Positions 26,213 through 40,870 of a DNA stretch of 64,000 nt are shown here, one piece after another. Within the stretch, counting starts at the first letter, position 1. Each line of letters starts with the position of its first letter. Both the position numbers and the translations under genes were made by a program. Origin of the DNA: Octopus sinensis (taxonomy: Eukaryota). The stretch spans positions 35,898,001 to 35,962,000 of the forward strand of contig NC_042997.1 of NCBI RefSeq assembly GCF_006345805.1, given 5' to 3'. The notes below the pieces were generated by a model. It had not been told where the DNA came from. It saw only the letters and a program-made list of their open reading frames with translations, and did not search any database.

Positions 26213-26374
26213 CCACATGATTGACCGATGCCTGACCCGTTGAATTCTTCAGCCACCGTTCTCAACATACACTGATAAACAGTTTCGCCATGGGCTCTTA
26301 GGAGCATAATTCGATTTGTTTTTGCTCCGCCTCTGTTCTGTTTTTGTTTTTCCAACGGACTTCCTTTTTTCTTC
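26213..26374 (-). CDS. Candidate internal exon of an unidentified host gene (162 nt, symmetric phase 2)
   Basis: Minus strand tgtgtctttctcttcag|G ... TGTGG|gtgagg; one frame open throughout: KKKGSPLEKQKQNRGGAKTNRIMLLRAHGETVYQCMLRTVAEEFNGSGIGQSC; no recognisable domain. Confidence 0.35.
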
Positions 26375-26663
26375 CTGAAGAGAAAGACACAATATGGTCC
26401 CATTATTCAATCGGATTTTGGTAATTTGTGCCTTTCGAAACACGTGTAGAATGAAATAAAACGATTTCTGTTCAATCTGCGTTCAGCTCCATTTCTTCAA
26501 TTCACCAATAATGTTTTAATTTCAATTATCCGCACCAACGCACGGTTGCAACGCCAGATGGTTGTACCTCCACCGTGCTGTTTACTGCTGTGATTTTTGC
26601 TACTAAGGTATCGGTTAAACTTTTGATTAATCTACTACAAGATTATTCATCTTTCTATTTCAC

Positions 26664-26714
<51 letters not shown>

Positions 26715-27264
26715 GCAAACACACACATATATATATATGCATGTAACCTCCCTCCAGATATATCTATATATGTATATATATACATGTTGTTATATGAATG
26801 CGTTAGCGAGTTGTTTGTGCCTAAAATATAACGCTGTACTATGTTCGACTATTACCCATCAAAATACGTTCAGAGATTTCATAGATTTCAAGCCTTTTAC
26901 AGGTCACAGCTGATTATGTACAAGTGTGATACGATTTGTTTCAGGTATGATTCTGCCTAAAACAACACAGAGATAGGTTCCTTTGCACTATGTATCGAAG
27001 TAATAATACCAGGTCTATTCTATCCGTCAGTATTTCAATGCCTTATACTAATTCTGTATCTAGCAAAATGAGCAGCGTTCAAATCTAAAACGTAGTTGAT
27101 GATATATAGTTCTAAAATTAGATGGGTAAGAAGATAAACAGGAAGAAAACCTATTTCAGAATTATTTTCCACGGAAGCATAAATTTTATATAAATAATCG
27201 TTTGTACATTGGGCAGATGGTTTGAAATTTTAGGCTTGTGTTCCACTCGATTACAACTAAGCTT

Positions 27265-27370
27265 GCGTTCGACTTTAATCTACCCGAAAAGAATCAAAGG
27301 CAAAGTCAACCGCATTGGAATTTGATCTCAGAATGTGAAGACGATAAAAATGTGCCGCTAGGCAAGTTGT
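27265..27370 (-). mobile_element. Old SINE family A fragment
   Basis: aaaggcaaagtcaaccgcattggaatttgatctcagaatg is a degenerate reverse complement of the family A core. Confidence 0.6.
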
Positions 27371-29454
27371 CTTCTGTGAAAATGTTTTATAAAAACTGAT
27401 ATAAATATTGTAGTCTGCGTATTACTAATTTTCAACATTTTGAACACTATCGTAAAAGTAAATAATGACGTGATACGTTTCTAAAGATGAATCAATCACG
27501 ATTAGATTTTCTTGACATTTGTATAATACACTATACATTATTTTTCACTTGCTCAATAGCAACTCGAGGAAGAAAAGACAGCACATACTGTATCAGATAT
27601 CGTATTCGTTTGAGCAAGTATAGAACCATTTCTATAAATGTTAAGTAATGAGCTTTTTTAATAGTATACGCAGGATTTTTTTCTTGTTCAGGTTATTTTG
27701 ATCCTTCAAAGTTTATTGCCCCTTAAACATAATTGTGTAAATAATAATTTTTTATGGGCGAGTCTGTGCTACATTTGTTCCTATTTTGTAGCTATTCTAG
27801 CTCTACAGATAGAACATTATACCTTTAAATTACACGATGCCCATAAAATTTCACATTAATTATATACTGATGCGCATGCGTTCGAAAGTTACAATCTAAT
27901 ATTTCTTAAACAGAGCACCCACTTTACATACTTATGACAAATAATATTCAGTCATATATCAATATATTACGAAATCTATTTAATAGTTATCCGATAAATA
28001 CATTATTCAAGTGAAAATTCTTTTCAGTGTCTCCTATAATAACATTAAATCTAAGATATAATCGAAGCATTCTATTTAATTATCGCCGCTACACTGTTAG
28101 ATGATGTTTTGGCGAATACTAAGGTAATAACCAAAATTCAAAAGCAAAATATGGTACATCTAATTCATCAACAGAACATATTTATTAGTAAGTAAATAAT
28201 TTTCGACCAAATACCAAAATAGCCCTAAGTGATTTCATGAAGGCTACAGTCGTAATTGGAACTGGCTTCACCATTCGCGGAAATAAAAATTTGTAACTAC
28301 GGTTAGCTGTCTTATGAACATAGATTGAGTTTCTCTTTAGCAGTAAAATCAAACATGTCGTTAAGGATAATAATTTTCAAATATAATTTACATTTATGAT
28401 TTACAAAGTGAGTTAAATTATTTTCATAGTTTTATTGAACTATAATCCGTAGTATTATATTTGAATCTATTACATCTCAATCACAGATTTTTCAATTATA
28501 TTTTTAAAATAAACAGTTTGAAACTTCGAATACTGGTAGAATTTCTCACGTAGAATACGTTTTACCCTAAACGTTTTTGACAAAATTTCCTATTTTAGAA
28601 GTTATTTCGTGTTAAAGTTGTCGTATTTGGGTAATTTCAACCAATCAACGACATGTATTCGGAAGAAGAAAGCTACTACTGCTTCCGATAGTAATCGAAG
28701 AGGAACAATTTCCGGGTCATTTCCACAAAAAGTCACCACTCTGTTCTATCCGTCACCTTTATCCTTCTTTCCTTTCTAGTCAGCACCGTGCATTCCTTAC
28801 ACTTTTCTTCCCTTATACACTATCAACTAGCAACCAGCAAGCGAACTTGCTACTGCTACTACAATTACGTATTTCCGGTGTATAAGCAACTATTTGGTTT
28901 TTTTTACCTTCATGTTTTGATAGTGTATTTTTTTAAACCTAATAAAGACTTTTATAGTTATTTCTTTATGGCCCACAGTTGGCTAAACATAGAGGGGACA
29001 GACAAGACAGACATACAAGTTGAAACTTGTATTTGCCGCTCTATAAAAATATGCCTCAAATACAGCATTGAAAATCTAACCCCAATAAATCTATACTAAA
29101 TTGTGTTGTCTCCGCAAATGAATCCCACTTACGAATGACTTTCCTTTCAAAATAACATACATCCCTTACACTATACTCAACCGTTTGCTTGAGCAATTAA
29201 GTCATCACATTTATTTCGCATAATATCATTAGTTATAACATTACTACTAATGACAATAATTACCCGTTTAATTATCTCTTGCACAGATGTTTACGTATCG
29301 GATGTATGCTGCATGCAATTTATTCAATAAAGAATAGCTGGTTCAGAAAACCTCTTAGCAAACAGCATAAAACCTGTTGATAAAAAGTAACACATTGAAA
29401 ATAAGAACTAAAGTCGGTATAATTAAATAATCAGTTCAAAGCATAACATGTACC

Positions 29455-29510
<56 letters not shown>

Positions 29511-29555
29511 ACACACACACATACACACACACACACTCACTCTCTGCATATATTT

Positions 29556-29629
<74 letters not shown>

Positions 29630-30032
29630 CTCTAAACCGTAATTTATATTTCTCTAACTTTTATATATACCAACTGCAATCTCTAAAAGAAAGAGAATTA
29701 CGAAGAAAAATATGTTAATTAATATATGGAATAAATTTTTGCAATAGTTAATCGGAGTAGTATATTTAAATATACTTACTCACAAAACGTATAGATTGCA
29801 TGTTTTAACACATGGGTCGTTGGCATCTATCGCATTTATAACGTTTTACCTTTTAAAAGATAAATCATCGTCGAATTTAACTGAATTCTCAGTTCCCTGA
29901 ATAGTGTGTTTCACAATTGCAAATGTTTAGCTAAACTTTTTTTGAGAACGTTTAATTTGCCTTAGTTGTAACTTATGAAAAGGATATGCCGTCCTTTTAA
30001 ATCGGAGATATTATCTAGCCTTAAGTGAAACT

Positions 30033-30525
30033 ATCATCATCATCATCATTGTTCGACCGTGGTCGAGACAATGGAATTTACCATGCTACGCCAGACTTCA
30101 CGGTCCATCATGGCATTACGGAGGTCCTGTTGCTGGATGCCTGTATCCCTGGAGATTACATCAGGGTAGGAGAGTGTGCGCCCTCTGGTATTGCGAGTAG
30201 ATGGCTTCCAGAGGAGAAGAGCAGAAATTACCTCTTTTTCAGCTCTACAACAATGTCCAGCAAACTGGACTCTCCTACCTTTCACAAGAGATGACACAGG
30301 TGGTAGTTTCCCATATATTTGCATTTTGGTTGGATGGCGCTTCCACGAGAGATTTTGAGCTCTCATAAGGAGGCGAGTGTAGGTTCCATCCAACCGCCTC
30401 TCAAGCTTCTTTGATAACGTCCAGGTTTCTGAGCCATATTGTAGAATTGGTTCGACTGTGGCTTTGAAGATTTCAAGTTTGAAGTCTCTACTTAGATTTG
30501 ATGACCAGATCTTATGCATGTCATT
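30033..30525 (-). mobile_element. RTE-clade LINE, 5'-truncated 3' fragment with (TGA)n tail
   Basis: KIWSSNLSRDFKLEIFKATVEPILQYGSETWTLSKKLERRLDGTYTRLL...RRVQFAGHC...MMDREVW is a typical RTE ORF2 C-terminus; tcatcatca tail on the plus strand. Confidence 0.9.
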
Positions 30526-31985
30526 ACTATCTTCAATAACGCTATCATACACAGATGAGAAATCACAATCAAACGCTTTCCTAGTACAACAAAATATGGT
30601 GCACGAACGCATAACGAGGAAAGGATAGGCTGACCGATGCATTTCTAAATACAATTGGAGCATGAAAGCTATCGTAAATTGCACCATATATCATAATGCT
30701 TGAAACCCTTTTCCACCAGAGAATAGACATAGAAACATTACATTTCTTATTCAAAGTTGGATACACTTTCATTTGTGATGCTCAAACTGCTTACTTTTTG
30801 CAGTTGAATGTCATGTCATTTATGGAATACGGAATTTATTCAATTTCAGCAATATATATTAACTACTCCTGCTGTTTTTTTTTCTTTTAAATATATTTAA
30901 GATGTGAAGTATTGTAAGAGATTTACAATGAAATGAGTTTGTCCCAATTTACAAAATAGAAGTATGAGGCAATAAGGGGCCCTTCGTTAAAAACATTACG
31001 GATTTAAAGCCATGTTTTCTGTATATCCCTAAATGTGCATCACCTTGCATTTTGTCTTAGGTTTGCGAACTTGTGTTACGCATATGTGAGTATGCTCACA
31101 AAAGCGAATAGAAATATACAAGAGTGTTGCCCCTTTAACCTTATTAAAAACACATTCAAATTGTTGTCATATATATATGGTGTATATGGTTCACATACTA
31201 TAAAGTAATCTTTGAATAAACACAACACATATTCATATAATTTTATGTTTCGATAAATACAGTTATGCAAACTAGTAAAACGAAGAATAAAATCATTCTA
31301 TATGTGAGAAATTTGTTATAAATATGCCAGACATTACAAATATTAATATTTTTTCTTTATCATGGTTTGCTTATTGATATTTTTTTACAAATATTTTGCC
31401 TTAGAAATAGATTCGAAATGTATGTATTTATATTTGCGACTTCCTTCCACTTAAACAAACAATATATATATATATATATATATGTATGAAAAAATGAAAG
31501 AGAGGGAGAGATACATAGAGATAGAAAGAGAGAGAAAAGAAGACAGAGAGAGAAAGACATGCCGACGGACAGACAGACAGTGAAAATGTGTGTGTGAGTA
31601 GGTGTTCGTATGCCTGAGTGACGGAGAGTAAGAAGTAGAAGTTGCAAAAGAAAATGAGTTGACACAAATTGTGTTAAAAACTCGTGTTATAAAAAGTAAA
31701 GTTATTGACTAAAAGGGAGATTTCTAATAATAAATGAAACACAACCATGACGAAACTAATGAAATATCATTATCCTGTGTATTCTTCTATATATATTTTC
31801 ACGGCGCGCTGAAGCAATGCATAGCGACCCCCAGGAAAAGAAAAACACACATGTACAAACTCACACGTACATACATATATAATTTCATACATATATAAGT
31901 ATATAAATATATATTTTTGTTTATATACATACAGATACATCACTCTTTATATCTCTATCTCTCTGTCCACACACCCACAAACACG

Positions 31986-32039
<54 letters not shown>

Positions 32040-32647
32040 TTCTTTTATATATTCCAGCCTGGAGGCTGTGGCCATGCTGACATACACATACGGTTCATAC
32101 GCGCACACACAAACACATACATACACTCACGCACACGTACACACACATCCACACACATATATATATGGACATGTATAAGGAGTTCTTGTATTTATAACTA
32201 TACAAAACTTGCTAGAAAAGTAGTTATACTGCAAAGACGATGGATATACTGTTGGAGAGTCAACTGTTATCTCAATTCCATTCTCCACCGCATATAATTG
32301 GTTACAAAGGTCAAATGGCAAACACATAAATTGGCATAGCGAAGCCATATGCTAAATATAACTGCTGTCAGCCATTATGTTTCTGTGAGAAAAGTGCTGT
32401 TGCAATGTTAAGGGAAATGGCTGATTCAGATTCCAATCTACGCTATGCCTAAATGAAGTCACTACAATATCTATAGAATGATTGAGATATATGAGTTGTG
32501 TCTTTCGTTTTTCGAATGAATAGTTCATGTTCCATGTACTCGAGCTTCGTAATTTTTTGTTGTACACATTTCGTGATGTCCTGTGCCCACATTTGCAAAT
32601 TCACATATATACGTATAGCTGTATGTACATATACGTTTGTATACATG

Positions 32648-32719
<72 letters not shown>

Positions 32720-32768
32720 TATGTATGTATATATGTATGTATATTATATATGTATATATATAAATGTA

Positions 32769-32805
<37 letters not shown>

Positions 32806-33458
32806 GTATGTGTTTTTGCGTGCGTGGGTGTGTGTGTGTGAGAGAAAATGAGAAAGATGAGGGTGTGTGTGTGTGTTTGTATATGCGTGTGTGCGTGTGT
32901 ATGTGTGCGTGTGTATGTGTGCGTGTGTATGTGAGTTTGTGTATGTGTGTTTGTGTGTGTGTGTGTCTGTGTTTCTGCATGCGAATATGCGTATGTATAC
33001 ACATAAGTTGCAATTTTAGCAATGTCAAGATCTGTATAAAAATAACTTCTGCTATGTGACATTTAGTCCAGTTTATGTACAACGCCTTAATATATTGCTT
33101 ATGATTAAAGCCAATATTGACGACGAAAATTATCGGAAACTCTGTTCCGCAGTCTTTATTACTAAATCAAAGTTACCCAGACACATACAACGTCAGTGGT
33201 TCTAAAATTCATTTGTTAATTTGATTCTGTTATCTTAAACTAGATAAGTAATAAAAAGTAATTTTGAGAAATGAATACTTTAGATTATTTATTAAATGAT
33301 AACCATCTGAATAGATTCGCGAACACGAAATCGAAAAATCTTTGGCTACTATTCGCTGGTGTATGGAGGAGTGATATGATCTGTGAAGGCCATATGTCAT
33401 AAAAGTGCAATGAATGTACACCGACGTCATATAATGCATGCACCCAAAAATCTCTCTC

Positions 33459-33503
<45 letters not shown>

Positions 33504-34552
33504 GTATACATGCAAGTTGATATATACATATTCATATAGGTATATACATATGTACGTAATGCACATACACATACGCATACACACACACATATATATATAT
33601 ACACATAGTTATATATGAATAGGTAAGCAGTGTTAGTGGTTATAGTAACCGATTAAGGGATAAAGTATCCGTATTTACTATCGGTATAAGTTACCTGTGT
33701 TATCTATGTGCATGAATATGCAGGCACACTATGCTCGTAGTGTACAGGAAACAACAGAATAAACAAAAGTTTATCAGGAATCAAATTTAAATAATAAGAA
33801 AATGGAGATCGACAAACAAATCAATTAGACCATATCTGTAGATTATTGTTTAATACAAAATAACATGACATAACATTTCTGTGACATAACAATTCTTACG
33901 GCCATTTCCACTTCCAATGTCAGTCGGTGTCTACGAAAGAATTGCGAAAATAATTTTTTTTTATCTCATAGGATATTGGAACTAGTACATGGAGCTTCAG
34001 CAGAGTGAATACAAAAGCGTCAAAAAATAAACAAAGGGAAGAGAGAATAGGAAAAAAATCATGGCCTACAGAAGGCGCTAGCAGGCTTAATATATTAAAA
34101 TCATTCCATCTTCCATAGCAGGGCTTCGGAGACAATAGGCAATACAGTGATCTAGCAGTGGTCTATGGAAAATATTACGGGTTATTTTCATATAAAAGGG
34201 AAAACCAAGATGATTTGGAATTTGTGAAAAAAGTTAGCAAAAAGAAAAACAAGAAAATTACTAACATGTCTAGAAGTGATCAGTAACTATGTTATTGTAA
34301 ATAGTTTCGAGCCTACACTCTTCTACAGAAAGGGACACAGAAAAAACAAGGAGAGAAACAAGGAGTGGAAAAAATGTGTGTAGTGGCTAACGATCTATCA
34401 TGATATATATCTGTATATTTATACTTAAATATTCATCGTTTGATAATTTTCAGTGTTTTTTTTTGTGTGTTTATATGAGTACATACATGCTCATGCACAG
34501 GCCTATATGGCTGCAGTTAAATGTCTTAAACATATATATGTATATATACATT

Positions 34553-34875
34553 TTCACTCTTTTACAGGTTTCAATAATTTGACAGCGGCCATGCTGGAGC
34601 ACTGGCTTTAGTCAAATAAATGAGATCCAGGAGTTATTCTTTATAACCATAGTATATATACTATCGGTCCCTTGAGGACGAACTGCTATGTTACGATGAC
34701 GTAAACACAGCAACGTCGGTTCTCAAGCGATGGTGTGGGAAAAATACAGACAAACACACACATACATATACGACGGGCTTCTTTCAGATTCCCTCTACCA
34801 AATCCACTGAAAAGCCTTTGGTCAGCCGCAGACTATGTGATTGGAAAGTTGCCTTTTTACCACACTGCCACTTCT
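34553..34875 (-). mobile_element. SINE family B, diverged full-length copy
   Basis: tttgacagcggccatgctggagcac...acgacgggcttctttcag...ctaccaaatccact...ccacactgccact. Confidence 0.8.
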
Positions 34876-34957
34876 GTGCCTCTTTTAGTCTTTTATATAT
34901 GTATATATATTTATACATGTATATGTATATATATCTTTATGTATAGAAATATACTTG

Positions 34958-35075
<118 letters not shown>

Positions 35076-35221
35076 GAAGAAACCAGAAAATGGAGAGAAA
35101 ATTATTGAATAACAATTAATTTACCCCAATTATCATTTATTAATTAATTACAAAAAGACAGAATTTCAACTTACAGGTGTTTCCATTAACAGTAGCTAAT
35201 GAATTATGAACATTATTTACA

Positions 35222-35475
35222 TTTGACGGATATTTGTCCGTGTCTTGTGTGTAGTTCACACAACATTACGGCTAAAATACCCTCCAGCCTTTATCAGATG
35301 TCTTGGGGGAAAGTTCTCATTCCTTAGGCATTTTTCGATATTATCATTATCATTAATATTATTATCATTATTATTATTTTATTATTATTATTATTTTTAT
35401 TATTGTTGTTGTTGTTGTTGTTGCTGTTGTTGTTGTTGGTATTATTATTATTATTATCATCATCTTTATTATTAT
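35222..35475 (-). mobile_element. SINE family D body (inverted copy) with internal triplet repeat
   Basis: Reverse complement of 35222-35340 aligns with 35625-35755. Confidence 0.8.
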
Positions 35476-35484
35476 TCAGGTGAC

Positions 35485-35760
35485 TGCCTGTTATCGAACT
35501 CGAGCATATGGCTTAGCGATTAAAAGCCTGGGCTATTAACCCCAAGATTCCGAGTTCGATTCCAGGCAGTGATCAGACTAATAATAATAATAACAACAAC
35601 AACAACAACAACAACAATAACAACATCGAAAAATACCTTAAGAATGAGAACACAGGTTCGAAATGTCCCCAAGACATCAGATGAAATCTGGAGGTTATAT
35701 CATCCGAAACGTTATATTTACAACAAACAAGATGACGACAAATATCCGTCATATATTGAA
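35485..35760 (+). mobile_element. tRNA-headed SINE family D with hammerhead-like tail
   Basis: tggcttagcgatt (A-box-like)...gagttcgattcc (B-box), (AAT/AAC)n, then cagatgaaatctg..catccgaaacgtt. Confidence 0.7.
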
Positions 35761-37489
35761 AATTTCCCGACTTTATGATTATTACGAATGACCTGGCTGC
35801 AGGCACAGTCTTCCGAGTTCTTTTATAGAGCTTCGAAAAACTGAAGGACCGGTGCAATATACGTGCGAATGTGTTAGGGGAACATGTTGAATAAAATGAT
35901 AAAGTAATCACTCTGTAGTTACTTTTACCCAAAGCCCCTCGTACTTAGCTTATATATATATATATATACATGTATATGATACTATATCTAAATATGATCA
36001 ACTATTTCGTCGAAATGGGCATTTTTATCCAACTATCTACACTCTTTGTGTCAGATTCCAATTATTTATTCCCATACTTCCTTATGATCATTTTCCACAG
36101 TATATTTTAAGGTAATAAATTGGTTTTGATGAGAAATGTGGACCTTGTATTGGACACTGTCCTCTCGTAATTTTTATTTATGTTTTTATCAGCTAAATGT
36201 TATTTACAATACACCCAATTTCATAACGGTTTGTTCACGAATAAAATATGATTATATTCTTGCCGTTGTTTAGAAATCATTTATCCTACACAAAATATAT
36301 CTGAATGTCATTTATAGGATATATTCCGTGTATTCTAACATCCATTATCGTACAACCCATTATCTACTTGGTCATTTTACACTATTTATATATTTTATGT
36401 TTTACACGATATTTTTCTGCATCAGTTATCTGATACATCACGTAGCATCGTTTGATTTTTCATAAAATAGTTTTATTTACATTTTTGTTATAATATTTGC
36501 TTCATTTCCCTGAAGCATTAAAATATTTTGATGCTATTTATACTTAATCACTGATGACTGGAATTCGCTCAAGGCCAATTTTTGCTTGGGTGGGTGTATA
36601 TTCGATCGATACAAAAACTCCTTACAGGTACTTAATTTAACACCCAAAAATCGATTAACAGGTAATTCGACCGCTGAACAAGCTGCAATTTAAACGGTGA
36701 AGGATGTTCTGATATCGTGAGTTCAAACCAATTTTGAGGAGATACTTCGATAATGAACAGAAAGTTTATATACTAATTCGACTCCGTTATGTTTATACAT
36801 ATATTTACTTATTTTTTATTTCACAATGGTAGCTTCAAAAATTTTCAAGAAGAAAAGATTAGTTTGAGGTGTATATATTGTTAATGCAGTGCATTGTAAT
36901 TAATGTATATATTGCGTTGTCTTCCATTATATCAGCTCATGTGAAAACTTCAGTAAAACGATATAGTCAACATCTTATAGTGATGAGATAAAAACTATGA
37001 AAATTCCATTCGTGATTTGACGCATTACGTAAAAATCAATAGATAATCCTTAATCAATAATTGTGTAGTTTCCATGAATTCTTCGAAAACTTCCTCCTGA
37101 TGATATTCTTAGTAATGTGAACGAGAGATTTCCTTAGGAAAAGCAAGCGCAACAAAATGCGTCAGATAAACTCTTCCTTTTCAGCGATTTCAGTAGCCAA
37201 TGACAGTATAAGATTCCGATGACCTTGACATAAAATCTTCTTATGAATAGTTGCATGATTTCTGAAAGGGTGCTTCGAATTTATTTGTGAGTTTCTTCGA
37301 ATAATTATAGTCCGTTATTGTTACTGAGAATCATTCCGTCAAATTCAAATGCACAAAAACATATATACATGCGCACCAACGTGGAAACCCCGACTAAAAC
37401 TCATACACACACGGGTGTGTATCCGTATGTGTATATATGTATGTGTGTGTATCATTCTCTCTCTCACACACATACTCTCTCTCTGTATA

Positions 37490-37544
<55 letters not shown>

Positions 37545-37935
37545 GATACGTATGTATATACAGCCAAGAAGTTCCAACGGCAATCCGTGTAGGGTAAAAT
37601 GCTTCAGAAGTGGTATATATATATCCCTTCTTAACTGTTGACGAAGTAGCAAAGAAGATTGGATTTGGTCATTCAGCCATTCATAGTCTCCTGGGATAGA
37701 AGGAAGATAGATGGAAGAGCATTGTAGAAAATGAAGCAGAGTATAATTTTCATTAAGAAAGAACTTTGTCTATCTTAAGTTTGAAAAATAAGAGTATAAA
37801 AAAGCGCATTAGTTATGGGATAACCCAATGTATATATATTTATACATACATATATATATATATATGTATATGTATATATATATGTATATATATATGTGTA
37901 TATATATAGATATATATATATATAATATATATATA

Positions 37936-37983
<48 letters not shown>

Positions 37984-40500
37984 ATTGAACCTTGGAGGTT
38001 CATTATGCCCGTAATAATAAACTCACGCACTCGTTCGGTCCTTTATTGTTATTGTTAGTTAATTGGTTCGTTACTCATTAACCAATTCATCGGTCAGTTG
38101 TTGTTTTACTAGTTTTTCTAACTCATATCCTAAACATTTTGGTCAAAGAGTTAATCGTTGTAAATCTACAATCAGGTGGGTAGATATACCAGTATCGATT
38201 GAGTTGGCTTTCTGTGTCGAATTGGCAATTATAGTGAGAGATACGTGGTTTGGAGAATTTTATTCTTATTTCAAGCAAACACGTCCATATTGTACACTGA
38301 ATTTTAGCATATATATTTTGCATAATTGGATATATTTGCTAAACCCCTTTATCATTCCTTTTTTAAAGTATAATGCTAACTTATTTGGATTTTGAATATA
38401 TATATATATTTTATCTTTGGATTTGGTTTCCAAGATTCTTTATGTGAGCACGTGTGTTGAAGCATATTCTGTTGATTTTGGAGAGTCATTCTCTTTTAGT
38501 GCCTCAAAATTTAACACACTCACCGGTAAAGTTTCCATTCATTTACTTATTTATTTTTCTAAAATTTTCGTTACGCCTTGCAACCTTTTCAATAGTTGTT
38601 GAAAAGGCTGCAAGACGCAACGAAAATTGGCTCACCTCAGACACAAGAATATATATATATATATATGTTACGTTTACAATGTGCAGAATCTTAAGCCTTC
38701 CGCAGCAACGGATTGAGACATTTTGGCACTACTCCAATGTGTGTATCCTTATGCCTAGCTAAGACAATGGATATTATTTTGACATTTTCATTTCGATATC
38801 TATGTATTTAGGCAATACCATTCGGCAGAATTTGTATTGCATTTCACAAAATCTTATATGTTATTAGGTATTATTCCACCTTTATTTCCTATTTAAATCT
38901 CATTTCACACTTCCTTTCCCAGATTTTCAGTTGAATAAGTTCACAAATATTTGTCGAGTTTATGATTTGTCGAGCGGGATTTTGTACACGTAATCGTCAT
39001 ATAATGCAATCTGCTAATCTAGCCACTGGAATACACCTGTATATCAATACCTTATGGAAGACATCCAGCGTAAAATTTATTATATGCTTATGGTAAGGTG
39101 AATTTCGTTTGATACAGAAATCTCATATACAGCCAAAGTATATTCTTGTGTACCGTTTCTATACTTAGCAAAACCTTCGAGCAGATGAGTAATAAAATAT
39201 GTTCACAAATATTTCACTAAATATATTAGCATTCATTTTCTTATATAATTTTAAAATATATTCTTATTTTGTTTGCTTTAAAATATAAGCAGCTATAACT
39301 TATTTCATCAATAACTAGGTTTTATACATAGAACGTTTCAGAGCGTTTAAATATTTAATGTTCTTTCGAAGTCTACATAAGAATGATTGACTTTACATTT
39401 CTGTACAATATCTAAATGTACGAAAAGATTACCGATTGTATAATGTATTGCCCTCAGTAATCCTTTATATACATATAAATATATGTATGCATATATAAAA
39501 GTATGTATGTATGTATATATATATACATACACACACATATACACATATGTACACACGCACTCATAAAACGCCTAAATACACACATATATGAGTGTTTATA
39601 CGTTTATGATGCGTGTATGTCTGTGTGTATGTATATAAGCATAGATGCGCATAACACACACATATATAAATATATATATGATATAAATGGTATGGCAAAT
39701 GTCACAAACTCTTGCTAAATATTGTGGTTCATGACTTTTAACACACATTATGGTAATGATATATATGTACCTATTTACTGGTGTGTGTGATGGTACAGAA
39801 TGGAAGAGGGAGAGAGAGGGGGGTGATAGACAGAAGGGCAGAGAATGACAGAAAAAAACAGAAGTATACGTAGTCGAAATAATTTTTAGAGAGTGTTATA
39901 GTTTTAAAATCAATAATTATGTGTCACATATAAGTAGGGAATTTCATATAAAGTCCTACCATATTCAGTATTTATAAAGTTGGAGAAAAACTAATTTTCA
40001 GAATTATATTGAAATATTTTTGATAAAAATATAAGGCCAATATATAATGTTACATAAATTAGTTTTAAATATATTTACTTTTTAGAATAATAAATACATC
40101 AAAATTGCTATAAATTATCTTAAATAATTATACGGAAAAATTATTAATTAATTACTGTATACACGCACATGTTTGCTAAAAACAATACTACAACGAAAGA
40201 GTAAGTAGAGATATTAATACTCTGAAATATGAAATAATTTTCTTTGTCATTTCATTTTTAAAGTAAAAGTCATATTCAAGAACGCATAAATGTGTAAATA
40301 TTTAATTAGTAAAAGATAATTATTATTTAGTATGTACGATGTAGCAAACAGGAAAACGAACATTCTTTCGTCAGAAACATATATTCAGTGTGTTTTATTT
40401 GTTTCTATTCGTGCGTGTGTGTGTATGAATGTATGTATATATATATATGCGTGTATGCATGCATGTATGTATGTGTGTGTATGCCTATATTTACATACCG

Positions 40501-40870
40501 GGCACGTTTTGGCCCAGTGGTTACAGCAGCGGACTCGCGGTTTCGATCCCAGACCGGGCGTTGTGAGTGTTTATTGAGCGAAAACACCTAAAAAAAGCTC
40601 CACGAGGCTCCGGCAGGGGATGGAGGTGATTCCTGCTGTACTCTTTCACCACAACCTTCTCTCACTCTTACTTCCTGTTTCTGTTGTACCTGTATTTCAA
40701 AGGGATGGCCTTGTCACTCTCTGTGTCACACTGAATATCCCCGAGAACTACGTTAAGGGTGCACGTGTCTGTGGAGTGCTCAGCCACTTACACGTTAATT
40801 TCACGAGCAGGTTGTTCCGTTGTTTCGGATCAACCGGAACCCTCATCGTCGTAACCGACGGAGTGCTTCC
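40501..40870 (+). mobile_element. tRNA-derived SINE family C, full length
   Basis: tggcccagtgg A-box and gtttcgatcc B-box; body matches 1383-1705 inverted. Confidence 0.88.

Noticed and set aside
30526-30687. N-terminal part of the 213-aa ORF 30046..30687 as real protein
   Set aside because: RTE similarity begins only near 30525; the upstream part is fortuitously open flank
33970-34120. Plus-strand terminal exon after a T-rich acceptor
   Set aside because: 48 open codons without a recognisable motif are compatible with chance
35485-35570. tRNA gene (also at 40505-40560 and the family A heads)
   Set aside because: A/B boxes are present but there is no complete cloverleaf, and they run into SINE bodies
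37085-37145. ttcctcctgatga...aggaa as another hammerhead
   Set aside because: No GAAA in the right place and no convincing stems II/III
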